A stretch of 62,950 nt of DNA, filler included, from Octopus bimaculoides (taxonomy: Eukaryota): NCBI RefSeq assembly GCF_001194135.2. It is 6 parts of 6 records of this genome, joined end to end, with 100 filler letters (N's around TTAATTAATTAA, not from the genome) between each part and the next. Parts side by side here need not be neighbours in the genome. Positions count along the whole stretch, not along the records: positions 36,203 to 50,696 come from NC_068998.1; 5 more parts are not named here. One strand, written 5' to 3'. A program made the position numbers and the translations under genes. A model generated the notes under the pieces. That model saw nothing but the letters and a program-made list of their open reading frames with translations. It searched no databases and had not been told where the DNA came from. Below are positions 37,896-49,508 of this stretch, one piece after another; the stretch's first letter is position 1; the number at the start of each line of letters is the position of its first letter.

Positions 37896-37994
37896 ATGGC
37901 TAAACCAGAGGTCGATCTTAATGTTATAGTTTATGAATTTCTGAAGGAAAAGAACAAGGAGACTGCAGACTTATTCAGAAAGCGCTTTAATATC
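37896..37994 (+). CDS. NOLC1: Nopp140/NOLC1-like nucleolar phosphoprotein, first coding exon (LisH motif)
   Basis: ATG at 37896 gives MAKPEVDLNVIVYEFLKEKNKETADLFRKRFNI, followed by a canonical GTAAGT donor at 37995 (phase 0). The pattern L-x2-IVYEFL-x5-TA-x2-F is a LisH motif. It splices in frame to the exon at 48755. Confidence 0.82.
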
Positions 37995-40432
37995 GTAAGT
38001 GTTTCCTGTATTTGTTAATTTCTTGTTTATTTCCGCTGAGGTAGTCACTAGTAGCCGACATGTGGTCAGTCCTGTTCTGTTGTAACGAAGCTAGTATTGA
38101 GATCATTATAATATCATTTGTTATTATAATTATTGTTTAGTAATAGTTTAAACACAAAATCAAAACATTAAACTATATAAATCGTAATACGTAATTTATT
38201 CCGCGCTCTATTTCATTTAAACATCACTTCAAAAGGGAAACACATTACTTGTTGCAGATGATAAAATTTCAGACTCAAAAACTAAACCAAATAAGCAAAA
38301 AAATAAATGAAGTATTTCTATTATATGTCTGTAATATTAATATATCCAGGAATATGTTTTAAGCGAAGAGATGTAGCATAAAACTCATCACTTTACTTAT
38401 TACGCACGTGTTTAAATGTGTAATGCTCCGATTGCCACGTGGGGTGAAACGGAACTTTCAGTAATCTTTCTCCCTCCTTACCGCTGTTATTTTGTTTATT
38501 AAATTAATTAGTAATCGGTATTTTAACGGGGTCGTTGATATTGTTGAACATTTCTAGGTGTATTAGTAGTTTTCCTGTCGTATGATTAAATACTTAAACT
38601 TTTGATTCTCTAAATGTATGTTGCTTAGTCCCAATTTAACCCTGAGCTAGGAAACGTCTGATGAAATTATCCTATCGCTAAACACCCCTCTTTTGTAGAG
38701 GTTACCTTGAAAAATATTAAAACGACAATCCATAGAATTAATAAACAAGGATGAAACAGGAAAAGCAGATGGAATGTGTAAAGTAAATTGCTGTATGAAT
38801 ATCTAACTTAGCATGGTCAAAGTAGTCATAAAGTTCGCTTGAGTCTCGGGTCCGTTACCCTTGTTTGACATATGGACCCATAGCCTCGTGAGTAAAATAA
38901 GGTTGACAGGAACTGGGAGCCTGTCGAATGAATCGTACCTGTAATTTAAAGGTACAACTATGTCACTCATTTCGCCTGAAAACTATTAAAAATACACGTG
39001 CCCGTCGCTCGAATCTTAATTCAATGAGGAGATAATTCACTTGATTGAACAACTGAATTACTCATCGTCAAAACCAACGGAGAACCATTTGTATTTAGGA
39101 CTGTCGATCTAACACTACTACTTGGGTGGTAATTACTAGTTGGCTCTCTGACTTTAAAAAAAAATAGAAATAGGTTTTTAAAATCGGATTTTGTGAATTA
39201 TCCTGAAGACCCCCCCCCCTCCCCGGTTTGTTGGCGCAAATTTTTGTTTCTATATTCGTTTAGTACACTTTTTTTTTTTGGAACCTCAACATATGAGGTG
39301 AATAAAAGTGAGTAGGAACAAAACAGGGAGTGTGGGTGGGTAGAGATAAAAGTAGGGGATGATTGTAATGAAGGATGGCTGTAAGTGTGGAGGAGTAGGT
39401 AACAACTTGAGAGACTGGGTAGAGTTGAGGGCTGGATGTAGTGAATGATGGATAAGTGGCTAGAGGTGACCAATGATACATATGAATTTGGGAGGTGTGG
39501 GGAGAGTAGGGAATGACTGGCAATGCAGAAAAAGAAGGGTGAGAGAAAGTGAATGGAGAGGTTTGTATTAATGAAGGAATGAATAACAAATGAAATGGTT
39601 CTTGGGTCATGAGCAGGATAAGTGGTATCAGGGTAAAGCTAGTGAATTATGCAGTTGTGCTCACATTTAATTACAGCAGCAGCAGCAGAGGTGATGAGAA
39701 TGTCTTGAGAAAAATTGCATGCAAGGGTGAAAGGGAGCATCTTGCATATATAAGGAATGAGAGAGAGAGAGGGAAGGAGACATTGTGCTTTCAGAATCTC
39801 AGTTTTGCTGAGGTGGACAGGTTTTAAGCAATGCCAAAAGAATTCCCTCAGTAGCACTTGGAGAACCAGGACAGAGGTCCTCTATTCAGTGTTCTAAAAA
39901 CTCTACAAACATGCCATCCACTTATAGTATAAGGAGTAATCAAAAATGCTACTGTGCTATCTCATTACTATAGGAAGTGTAGTAGTTTTAAATAAATGAA
40001 ATTACAGTGACGAAAACAAGTTCAGGATAGATTTCAACCACAACACAGAGGCTTTTTTCTTCTCTTGATAAAGAGCATGTAGCCCAAAACATCAGTCTTC
40101 TTTCCTTATATCATTGATTATTTGTTGCTGATGCAGACCTCAACAGGCTTCTAGAATTTTGTCATATTACTAGTATGAATCTAATAGTGGCCACCACAAT
40201 TACTCAGTACACCCACTCCTTTGCTATTTAACTACCCCAAATTGCCAGTAAGATGTCTCTATAGGTAAGTTATTGTTTAGCCCTAACATGGCTGATAGAG
40301 ATGACCTGTGATTAAAAACATTCCATCCATATCACCATCTTAAGACTACATTGTCCAGTGTGTTCCTCTGCTTTAAATCCATTAGCTCTTATCAGCTAAC
40401 ATTATCCTCCTAGGCTTCTCTCACTTGCATCT

Positions 40433-40661
40433 TTAACCCTTTAGCAGTTAAGCCTTCCATATCTGACTCAGATATTCTACCTGTCTTATGTTCAAACCAG
40501 CCAGATCCAGCCTCTCCCACCTATCCTACAATGCCATTCTAAAAATAAGCAATCACATCCTCAAAATCTCAAAGCTATGAGATAAAGTAGGATTAATTAA
40601 AAACAGTGTAATTAAATAAACATTACATTTGATAGCATTGTCTGAATACTGAAAAGAGTTA
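40433..40661 (+). mobile_element. piggyBac-type MITE
   Basis: Begins TTAA-CCCTTTAGCA and ends in a degenerate AAAGAGTTA. Collinear with the reverse complement of 47780-47996. Confidence 0.7.
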
Positions 40662-40734
40662 TGACATTTTTCTACCCAACTTCTTAACCTCCATACTCAT
40701 CATATGTTCAAAACAACATTTTTATTTGCCTACT

Positions 40735-42730
40735 ATAGGAGTGGCAGTGTACTCTCACTTGCCTTGCCGGGTCTTCTCACGTACTGCATATTTCCAAAGG
40801 TCCCGGTCACTGGTCATTGCCTCGGTGAGGCCTAAAGTTCGAAGGTCGTGCTTCGCCACCTCATCCCAGGTCTTCCTGGATCTACCTCTTCCACAGGTTC
40901 CCTCAACTGCTAGGGTATGGGCACTTTTTCACACAGCTATCCTCATCCATTCTTGCCATATGTCCATACCAGCGCAATCGTCTCTCTTGCACACCACAAC
41001 TGATGCTTCTTAGGTCTTAACTTTTCTCTCAAGGTACTTACATTCTGTCGAGTATGCACACTGACATTACCCATCCATCGGAGCATACTGGCTTCGTTTC
41101 TTGCAAGCTTACGCATGTCCTCAGCAGTCACGGCCTATGTTTCACTGCCATGGCTGTTCGTACACATGCGTCATACAGTCTGCCTTTTACTCTGAGCGAG
41201 AGGCCCTTTATNNNNNNNNNNNNNNNNNNNNNNNNNNNNNNNNNNNNNNNNNNNNNNNNNNNNNNNNNNNNNNNNNNNNNNNNNNNNNNNNNNNNNNNNN
41301 NNNNNNNNNNNNNNNNNNNNNNNNNNNNNNNNNNNNNNNNNNNNNNNNNNNNNNNNNNNNNNNNNNNNNNNNNNNNNNNNNNNNNNNNNNNNNNNNNNNN
41401 NNNNNNNNNNNNNNNNNNNNNNNNNNNNNNNNNNNNNNNNNNNNNNNNNNNNNNNNNNNNNNNNNNNNNNNNNNNNNNNNNNNNNNNNNNNNNNNNNNNN
41501 NNNNNNNNNNNNNNNNNNNNNNNNNNNNNNNNNNNNNNNNNNNNNNNNNNNNNNNNNNNNNNNNNNNNNNNNNNNNNNNNNNNNNNNNNNNNNNNNNNNN
41601 NNNNNNNNNNNNNNNNNNNNNNNNNNNNNNNNNNNNNNNNNNNNNNNNNNNNNNNNNNNNNNNNNNNNNNNNNNNNNNNNNNNNNNNNNNNNNNNNNNNN
41701 NNNNNNNNNNNNNNNNNNNNNNNNNNNNNNNNNNNNNNNNNNNNNNNNNNNNNNNNNNNNNNNNNNNNNNNNNNNNNNNNNNNNNNNNNNNNNNNNNNNN
41801 NNNNNNNNNNNNNNNNNNNNNNNNNNNNNNNNNNNNNNNNNNNNNNNNNNNNNNNNNNNNNNNNNNNNNNNNNNNNNNNNNNNNNNNNNNNNNNNNNNNN
41901 NNNNNNNNNNNNNNNNNNNNNNNNCACAGCTCTCACTAACCACTCATCTATCCCTAGTTTCCTCATTGACCACCAGATAAGGGAGTGGCGGACCCTGTCA
42001 AAGGCTTTCTCCATGTCAACGAAAGCCAGGTACAGAGGTTTATCTTTGGCTAGGTATTTCTCCTGCAGCTGTCTTACCAGAAATATAGCATCAGTGGTGC
42101 TTTTTCCTGGAACAAACCCAAACTGCATCTCATCTAAACTGACTTTCTCCCTAATTTGTTGGGCTATGAACCTCTCCGTGACCTTCATTACCTGATCCAA
42201 CAACTTGATACCTCTGTAATTGTTTGTGTCTAGAGCATCACCTTTACTTTTGTGGCAGTTGACTATTGTGCTGCTACACCAGTCATTGGATATGACTCCT
42301 TCGTGTATCACCTGATTAACTATACGGGTAACTAGGCTATAGCCAACACTGCCAAAGATTTTGAGCATCTCTGCAGTGATTCTTGATGGGCCGGGGGCTT
42401 TCCCTGTCTTCATACTCTTGATCGCTTTATCTACTAAGGTACGGTCAATTAGGATAGCTGGTCCCTCTGTTGGATCAACATGCAGCACACTCTCTTCCTC
42501 CCATTCATTCTCTTTGCAGCCTCGTTTAGTGCAAGTGAGCCATCATCCAAGCTGACACATTTCTCACCTACTACATCACGATTCTCTCTCACATACTGTC
42601 TTGCAACACGAAATACTTCAAGTCTTTGGTCCTCACGGTGCAGAACATTGGCAAATTTTTTCTTATCTGCTTTCCTTCTGGCTAAGTAAACCTGTCTCCT
42701 AGTTTCCCTTCTGGCAGTCTGATACAATTC
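40735..42730 (-). mobile_element. RTE-clade LINE with an RT domain, interrupted by a gap
   Basis: ORF 41208-42488 contains KAPGPSRITAEML, NYRGIKLL, QFGFVPGKSTTDAIF and AFVDMEKAFDRV. The C-terminal RTE region continues at 40735-41210. Confidence 0.92.
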
Positions 42731-42790
42731 CCTGTGGGCGTTAAAGCAGTGATGATGATAATGGAAATATATTGTGTTTATTTATGTTGC

Positions 42791-43270
42791 CAAATTACTG
42801 GATCAGGTGATGAAAGTTACAGAAAGGGTCATGGCTGATTTAATTAGGAAGAGAGTTAGCCTAGATGAGATGCAGTCTGGTTTTGTGCCAAGGAGAAGTA
42901 CTACTGCTGCTATCTTCTTAGTGAGGCACTGCCAGAGATTTACCCAAAAATAAACCTTTGTATTTGGCTTTTGTTGACATGGAGAAAGCCCTTTGAGTGG
43001 GTTCCCCGCTCCCTTATCTGGTGGGCAATGCAGAAGCTAGGGATAAATGAATGGTTAGGGATGCTATCAGTAAGGTGAAAGTTGGCAAAGAATTTAGAGT
43101 ACAGGTAGGAGTGCCTTGTACAAGTGTTTGCCAGTGCCATATTAAAAGCACCCAGTACATTCTGTAAAAGTGGTTGGCATCAGGAAGGGTATCCATGCCA
43201 AAACGTAATTGGAGCCTGGCCAGCTCCTGTCAAACCCATGCCAGTGTGGAGAATAGATGTTCTGTGATGA
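42791..43270 (+). mobile_element. Internally deleted RTE copy of the same family, opposite orientation, with a 3' UTR piece
   Basis: KLLDQVMKVTERVMADLIRKRVSLDEMQSGFVP...AFVDMEKA. The 3' UTR piece at 43140-43270 matches the reverse complement of 47220-47380. Confidence 0.85.
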
Positions 43271-43899
43271 TATGTTAGTCAGATTCTTATATAATCAGGT
43301 AGCTGCAAATGGGTTAATACAGCTGTAGTGTTTTTCCAGTAATTGTAGACTTCAATACTGGTTTATGTTGTAATAAACAGTTGCAGCTATGATATATGCA
43401 TGAATTCAGAAGACATTGATTACTGATAAAGTATGGTTACAAATCCATTTTTAAAATATGCATTTTTTTTTTGCATCAGATTTTCATGTAGATTATATAT
43501 TTTTTTCACCCTGATTTAGAAATCGTTTCCAACTTGGAGTTACTGATTAGAAAGTCGTTAAATTTTAATGAGCTAGAACTGAGACTAATGCACTGATGGG
43601 TATTGTTTTAATATTGTAAACTAATTTAACTTTGATCTGCAAAGCTGTCCTTTCTACACATTGTTTTTCTATGTTAAAATATTGATTTTTCTTGTTTACC
43701 GGAGTATGTTTTTAAAAGGAGTATCTTCTGGGTTTGGCTTTAAGGAAATTAGTAGTGTGAGATATTGATCATGGATATATTTGGTAGTTACTTCTTTTTG
43801 TTGGAATGTAGGCGCTGTCTAATCTGTAAATGCTATGTTGACTTGTTTGGAGTAAACAATGATTGAAATGTGTATGTGTATATATATATATATATGTAT

Positions 43900-44068
43900 G
43901 ATCGCTGACCAAAACATTCAATTTTTTTTCTCCGTATTCTTTCTGTTGAAGAGTGTAGCTTGAAACATTAAAGACTTTCTGTATTCCCGAGCGTTAAACT
44001 AATACATCCTTTTGTTGTTTACACCACCTGTCCTCGTCTGTTGTTTTTTTCGTAAATTCTCCCATATA
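43900..44068 (+). mobile_element. Penelope-like terminal-repeat fragment with a degenerate minimal hammerhead (43938-43974)
   Basis: TCTTT-CTGTTGA-A-GAGT(GTA)GCTT-GAAAC-ATT-AAAGA gives stem I TCTTT/AAAGA, stem II and GAAAC, with two core mismatches. A T-rich tail ending in (TA)n follows. Confidence 0.45.
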
Positions 44069-44825
44069 TACAGATAAGTATGTATGTATTTTGAAAATAC
44101 TTCACAGCTTGACAGCTGTACCCTGCATAGTTACAAGTTGCCCTTTGGCAAGGCATAGCCCCCATTCAACCACTGTACCAAAGGTATAGCAAAGTCATGG
44201 GACTGCAGCATAGCGGATTGTGAAGAGGTAGTGGAAGAGCTCAACTGAGTCGATGGTGCTTCTTACATTGATGTTGAATGGAGAAATCCTAGAAGACCAA
44301 CGGTCAAGATCAGCAAGCTCCATCAAAAGAGTGACTTCAACACATCCATAGGGGTGGCATCCATGGTTGCGTAATCAGCTAATGAAAGATTCACCATGAC
44401 TCAAACTCCCAGTTCAAATTCATAATAAAGGAATTGGATGGCAACAAAGAGTCATGGGAATCCATGAAAGCAGTGAGAACATATATGAATGAGAAATTAA
44501 GATAACCAGGTTTATAGGCTGTTCCTTTATGATCTGTTCTGGTTAAGCATCCCAATGCACTTGGAACAGACAATGCATGGTTCCAAACAACCATGAAGCT
44601 GAAATGTAAATAGGAACTAATAATATAAATTTCTCCTTATCTTATTCTTACCTACATTTACTCTGTACTTCCTAACTAAGTAATAACTATTTAGTATAGG
44701 AGTTAACTTTACTATTCTGGAAGCAGACTGGAATATAATGATATTCTGTGTAGAGCTCAAAACATAGCAGTAGTGGGTGTATATCTATTTGTACACACAA
44801 GATACACTATGTGTGTGTGTGTGCA

Positions 44826-45215
44826 GACATGGTTTTGAGGTTTCTTAACTTCACAGCCATGTGGTCTTAAGTTCAGTCCTACTGTGTGGTACCTTGGACA
44901 AGTGTCTTCTACTATAGTCCTAAGCTAACGAAAACCTTTTGAGTGGATTTGGCAGACGGAAATTGAAAGAAGTCCATTGTATATGTATGTGTCATTGTAT
45001 ATGTGTGTGTCTGTGTGTCCCACCTCCATCACCACTTGACAATGGGTGTTGGTGTGTTTACATCCCCATAACTTAGTGATTTAGCAAGAGACTGATTGAA
45101 TAAGTATTAGGCCCAAAAAATAAGTCTTGGGGTCAATTTGTTTGACTAAAATCCTTTCAATGCAGTGCTCCAGCATGGCTGCAGTCAAATGACTGAAACA
45201 AGTAAAAGGATAAAG
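44826..45215 (+). mobile_element. SINE family D (ACCTTGGGCAAGTGTCTTCTACTATAG core, CORE-SINE-like)
   Basis: Head GTTCAGTCC, core ACCTTGGACAAGTGTCTTCTACTATAG, internal (TG)n, tail GCAGTCAAATGACTGAAACAAGTAAAAG. Confidence 0.82.
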
Positions 45216-45469
45216 AATATATGTTTGTGTGTGCTGTTGTCTAGACATCACAGGATGGTTGTAAATCATGGTTGTCATACAAACAAGGTTGTTTGTTTCT
45301 GATCTTCTGTGAAAAAAACCATGTCCAGCTATGAGAAAATATTACCTTGCCTGGGAGCAGGTGACAGTTAGTGACTAGATGGGCATCAGGGTGTAGAAAA
45401 TTTGTCTCAACAAATTATATTGGACCCATACAAGCCTGGAAATGTAGATGTTAAAAATGCTAATGATAT

Positions 45470-45517
<48 letters not shown>

Positions 45518-45520
<3 letters not shown>

Positions 45521-45560
45521 TCATCCCATAAATAATGCAGTTTTTTCACTTGCATGAACT
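45518..45560 (+). mobile_element. Solo terminal fragment of the same mariner
   Basis: GGTCATCCCATAAATAATGCAGTTTTTTCACTTGCAT matches 33533-33570. Confidence 0.7.
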
Positions 45561-46299
45561 AAAACTCGGCATGGGATGGGATCAATCTTCTGTTTTATAG
45601 TAAACTAAATTAACACTTTGCATTTATTTAGTGCTAAATTGTTTCACGCACTAACTTCATGATGACAATTTTTTTTTTCTAAATTCTGTATTACTTTCAA
45701 AATTAACTGAAATAAAGGCAATAATTTTCAGCAGAAATACAATAACAAAAGGGTTAACAAGAATTATTTGTTAGATATGAACCAAGCTAATACAAAAACC
45801 CAGCCTAGTTTCAATTGTTCTCTTCTTTCCTTTCTTTGAGACATTAGAGGCTGATTTGAGGAGGATTTGGCTGTTGTTGCTTGTTGAGCAACTATAGTAA
45901 CTTCCTCATTGGCTTATAATTATCCATCCATTATCCAGTGTTTCAGTAATAATGCACCAGTATTGTTTAATAAATGCATTGTCAAGTAGCTGTATATCTA
46001 TAAAGAGAGGAGAGTACTGATCAGTGAGACCATGTTAAGCATGGCCACAAATGGAGCAGTAGTGGTCAAGGAGAGACTACCTTGACCATGACATAATGAA
46101 TAGATTGGCATGTGACCATAAATGTCCGAGATGGGTAATATTGATTAGTTCAGTGAGATAATGTTGACCTTGGCAGAATAAATAGATTGGCTTGTAGCCA
46201 CAAATTTAGAAAGTGGGGAGAGAGAGTATTAGTTACTGTGACAGCTTTGACCATAGCAAGATTTGAACTCAGAATGAAGATGGATGTAAATAAATACTT

Positions 46300-46545
46300 G
46301 GTGTGACTGTGTGGTAAGTAGTTTGCTTCCCAACCACATGGTCCCAGGTTCAGTCCCATTGTATGGTACTTTGAGCAAGTGTCTTCTACTCTTGTCTCAG
46401 CAGTTCAGCAAATGCGACTGATAGAATAAGTACCAGGCTTAAAAAGAAAACAAGTAGCGGGGTCAATTAGTTTGACTAAGATTCCTCAAGGCAGTGCCCC
46501 AGCATGGCCACAGTCTAATGATTGCAGCCAATGAAAGATAAAAAG
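46300..46545 (+). mobile_element. SINE family D, internally deleted
   Basis: GCTTCCCAACCACATGG...CTTTGAGCAAGTGTCTTCTACT...CAGCATGGCCACAGTC. Confidence 0.75.
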
Positions 46546-47197
46546 TCAATGTTTCTACACTTGGTGTTTATATGTAGCTGTTGCCATGGGGACAGCTGTG
46601 GAACTTGAAGATAATGGTGGCGGCTGTCAGTGTTAATTTTTGAAGTGTGGTGTTATCTAACTCTGTCTGTGTCTCCCCCCCCCCCCCAGCCATATCTTGT
46701 GTGTTGTTTACAACTGCATCCTCCCANNNNNNNNNNCCCCCCCAGCCATATCTTGTGTGTTGTTTACAACTGCATCCTCCCATCTGTACTGGCTGAACTT
46801 CCATCATTTTCATTAATATTGTCTCACCCCCACCTCCACCCTTCCCTCCTGGCTTTACATGTCCCTAACTTGATAGACTTAGTCCATTTAATAGAAAAAC
46901 AGGCAGTGTGGTGAGTTGTTATGTCTGATGATGATGATGGTGGTGGTGGTGGAGGAGGAGGAGGAGGAGGAAAGGCAGAGACAGCAGCTGTTTAGTTGGA
47001 GCTTCTCCCAGTTGGCTACCATTCCGTATCCTCTGTATTTTCCTCCAGTGTATACATACTATAAACAAATGCGCTGTATATACACACACGTGTGCACACA
47101 CAGAGTTCTCATGGAGATGCTTCAAGTAAAAATCACTTTATATGTGAGATGTTGAATTTTTAAACTTGGAAAGCATGCACACACACACACACACACA

Positions 47198-47540
47198 TCA
47201 TCATCATCATCATCATCATCGTCGTTTAACGTCCGCTTTCCATGCTAGCATGGGTTGGACGATTTGACAAGACTGGTGAAACCAGATGCCTACACCAGGC
47301 TCCAATCTGATTTGGCAGAGTTTCTACAGCTGGATGCCCTTCCTAATGCCAACCACCCAGAGAGTGTAGTGGGTGCTTTTACGTGTCACCCGCACGAAGG
47401 CCAGTCAGGCGGTACTGGCAACGGCCATGCTCAAGATGGTGTATTTTATGTGCCACCTGCACAAGAGCCAGTCCAGGGGCACTGACAACGATCTCGCTCG
47501 GAAAAATCCTACGAAGGCCAGTCAGGCGGTACTGGCAACA
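47198..47540 (-). mobile_element. RTE-family 3' UTR fragment with a (GAT)n tail
   Basis: (CAT)n tail at 47198-47220. Shares GGATGCCCTTCCTAATGCCAACCAC with the reverse complement of the tail after the 42791 copy. Has an internal 28-bp direct repeat. Confidence 0.6.
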
Positions 47541-47779
47541 CTTGAATTTATAGCATGAATATAGTCAGCTTCTATTGGTTAAGGTCAGTAGTGTATGATG
47601 CATGGTGATTGAAGTCAACACTGAAACGGTAGTCTCTATCGCATATACAGATGTGACCAATTGGTTGACTGTAGAACTGTACACTTTGTCAGAAACTTCT
47701 TTCTTTATCCAGGTTCTAATTCTGATCTGAATGCTTAGCTGAAAGTGCCAGCCAAATGCTGAGGCTGATTTTTATATTC

Positions 47780-47996
47780 TTAAGCCGTTAGCATTTGGAT
47801 TATTCTGTCAAATGCAATGCTTTTTCATCCACATTGTTTTTAATTAATCATGCATTATTTTGTAGCTTTGAAATTTTGATGATGGGATTGTATATTTTAT
47901 AACGGCATTGAAGGGCAGGTGTAATAGGCTAGATCTGGCTAGTTTGAACATAAAACAGGTAGCATATTATGGCCAGTTTAAATGATAAAGGGTTAA
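47780..47996 (-). mobile_element. piggyBac-type MITE, same family as 40433-40661
   Basis: TTAA at both ends with termini TTAAGCCGTTAGCA and GATAAAGGGTTAA. Confidence 0.7.
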
Positions 47997-48037
47997 AGCA
48001 TCCTAGATGTGAGTGGAATTATAATAGAAGAGTAATC

Positions 48038-48388
48038 TTTTATCTTTTACTTGTTTCAGTCATTAGACTGTGGCCACCACTTTGAAGGATTTTAATCAAG
48101 TGAAGTGACCCCAATATGTTCTTTAAAGCCTGGTACTTATTCTATCGGTCTCTTTTGCTGAACTGCTAAGTTATGGGGGTGTAAACACACCAACATCAGT
48201 TGACATGTGGTAATGAGCAACTAACACAGACATGCACGCACTCACATATAATAGGCTTCTTTTAGTTTCCATCTGCCACATCCACTCACAAGGCCTTGGT
48301 CAGCCTGAAACTATAGTAGAAGATACTTGTCCAAGGTGCCACACAGTGGGACTGAACCTGGAGCCATGTGGTTGGGAAGCAAACTTAC
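48038..48388 (-). mobile_element. SINE family D
   Basis: Reverse complement collinear with 44826-45215. Confidence 0.8.
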
Positions 48389-48754
48389 TATATAGCAACA
48401 ATCTTTTCTCTTTGATAATTCCCAAAACCTGGGAATGGCCAGGCTCTTAATATAAATGCATTGCTTACATTGGCCTTACCAAGCATTTGATTAAATTTCT
48501 TCAATGCAGTGCTCCATTGACTGAAAACAAAAGTTAAATGATAATCTAGTAACTGGTATACTAATGTTTCCATAGAAACACATGGGGAGTTCAACCCCCC
48601 CCCCCCCATCTCTCCAGAAATCAGTTCCTTTTCATTTAAATTTATGTCTATCTGTTAACGACTGTGCTCGCTCCATTATCATTTGTTACTTTTGCATATT
48701 TTGTGATCATTGTTGTAAGTTTTCTTGAGAGGCTGTTTTATTATTCTATTTCAG

Positions 48755-48810
48755 CCCATCTCAAAGAGTTCTGGAACTAAACTAAATGATATTTACCGTT
48801 TTTGGAAAAC
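48755..48810 (+). CDS. NOLC1: Nopp140/NOLC1-like, second coding exon (56 nt)
   Basis: Acceptor TTATTCTATTTCAG and donor GTAAGT at 48811. Phase-0 translation is PISKSSGTKLNDIYRFWK plus AC. KLNDIYRFW matches the recalled post-LisH motif SLLDIYSFW of vertebrate NOLC1. Confidence 0.82.
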
Positions 48811-49508
48811 GTAAGTATTCTAATGTCGTTCTTTATTACTATGATCTGTGTTGGGATCAGGGCTGTGGAATTGGTATACAAAGCCTCTGTTTGGAATTAA
48901 CCTAATCATATAATTATTATATTGATTGAGAGCATCTAATGTAAATGGCTGGTTTGAGCCAACAGGGTATGGCTGTTCGGTAAGCAGTTTGCTTCCCAAC
49001 CACATGATTTTGGGTTCAGTACAGATAGACAATAGGGTAATGCCGTTAATAGGAGCAGTTGAGAAGGTGAAAGGCATGGGGTAAAGTGTAGTGTCTGTAT
49101 TACCCCGAGAGACTTGGGGGAAGTTTTGAAATATTTTTGTTTTAATCCAAACTTTTGAACCTTTAAACTTTAAAAGTAATGGGGAGGGGGAGAAAAAATT
49201 CTGGAGCTTTAAACAAGGATTTCGAAGGGTCTCCTCACAGTTCATGTACTCTATTAAAACCTTGCCCTTTCACACTGCTTCAGCTTATCATTTTCCCATT
49301 TTTTTCGCCATTTTTAGCTTTTTGTCTCTCCATTGCTAATTGCTAATTTCTCAATTGTCAATTTCTTCTACCTGTTCATTCCTTCTGTCACCTTCACAGG
49401 TACCTTAGCTCATACCCATACTAACTTTTCTTAGCTTAGCGTCTCTGTTTCTTTCTGACACTACTCTTTACCCCCACCTTTCACCTTCCCAGCTTCTCTT
49501 ACTAATAA

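Noticed and set aside
46039-46111. Hairpin TGGTCAAGG/CCTTGACCA in the intron as a possible H/ACA snoRNA or miRNA
   Set aside because: There is no correctly placed H box or ACA box and no second hairpin, and the perfect stem is too short for a pre-miRNA.
47590-47760. C/D-box-like words and a strong acceptor (TTCTTTCTTTATCCAG at 47712) as a snoRNA or poison exon
   Set aside because: The C box is imperfect, there is no terminal D box or stem, and no GT donor closes the putative exon.
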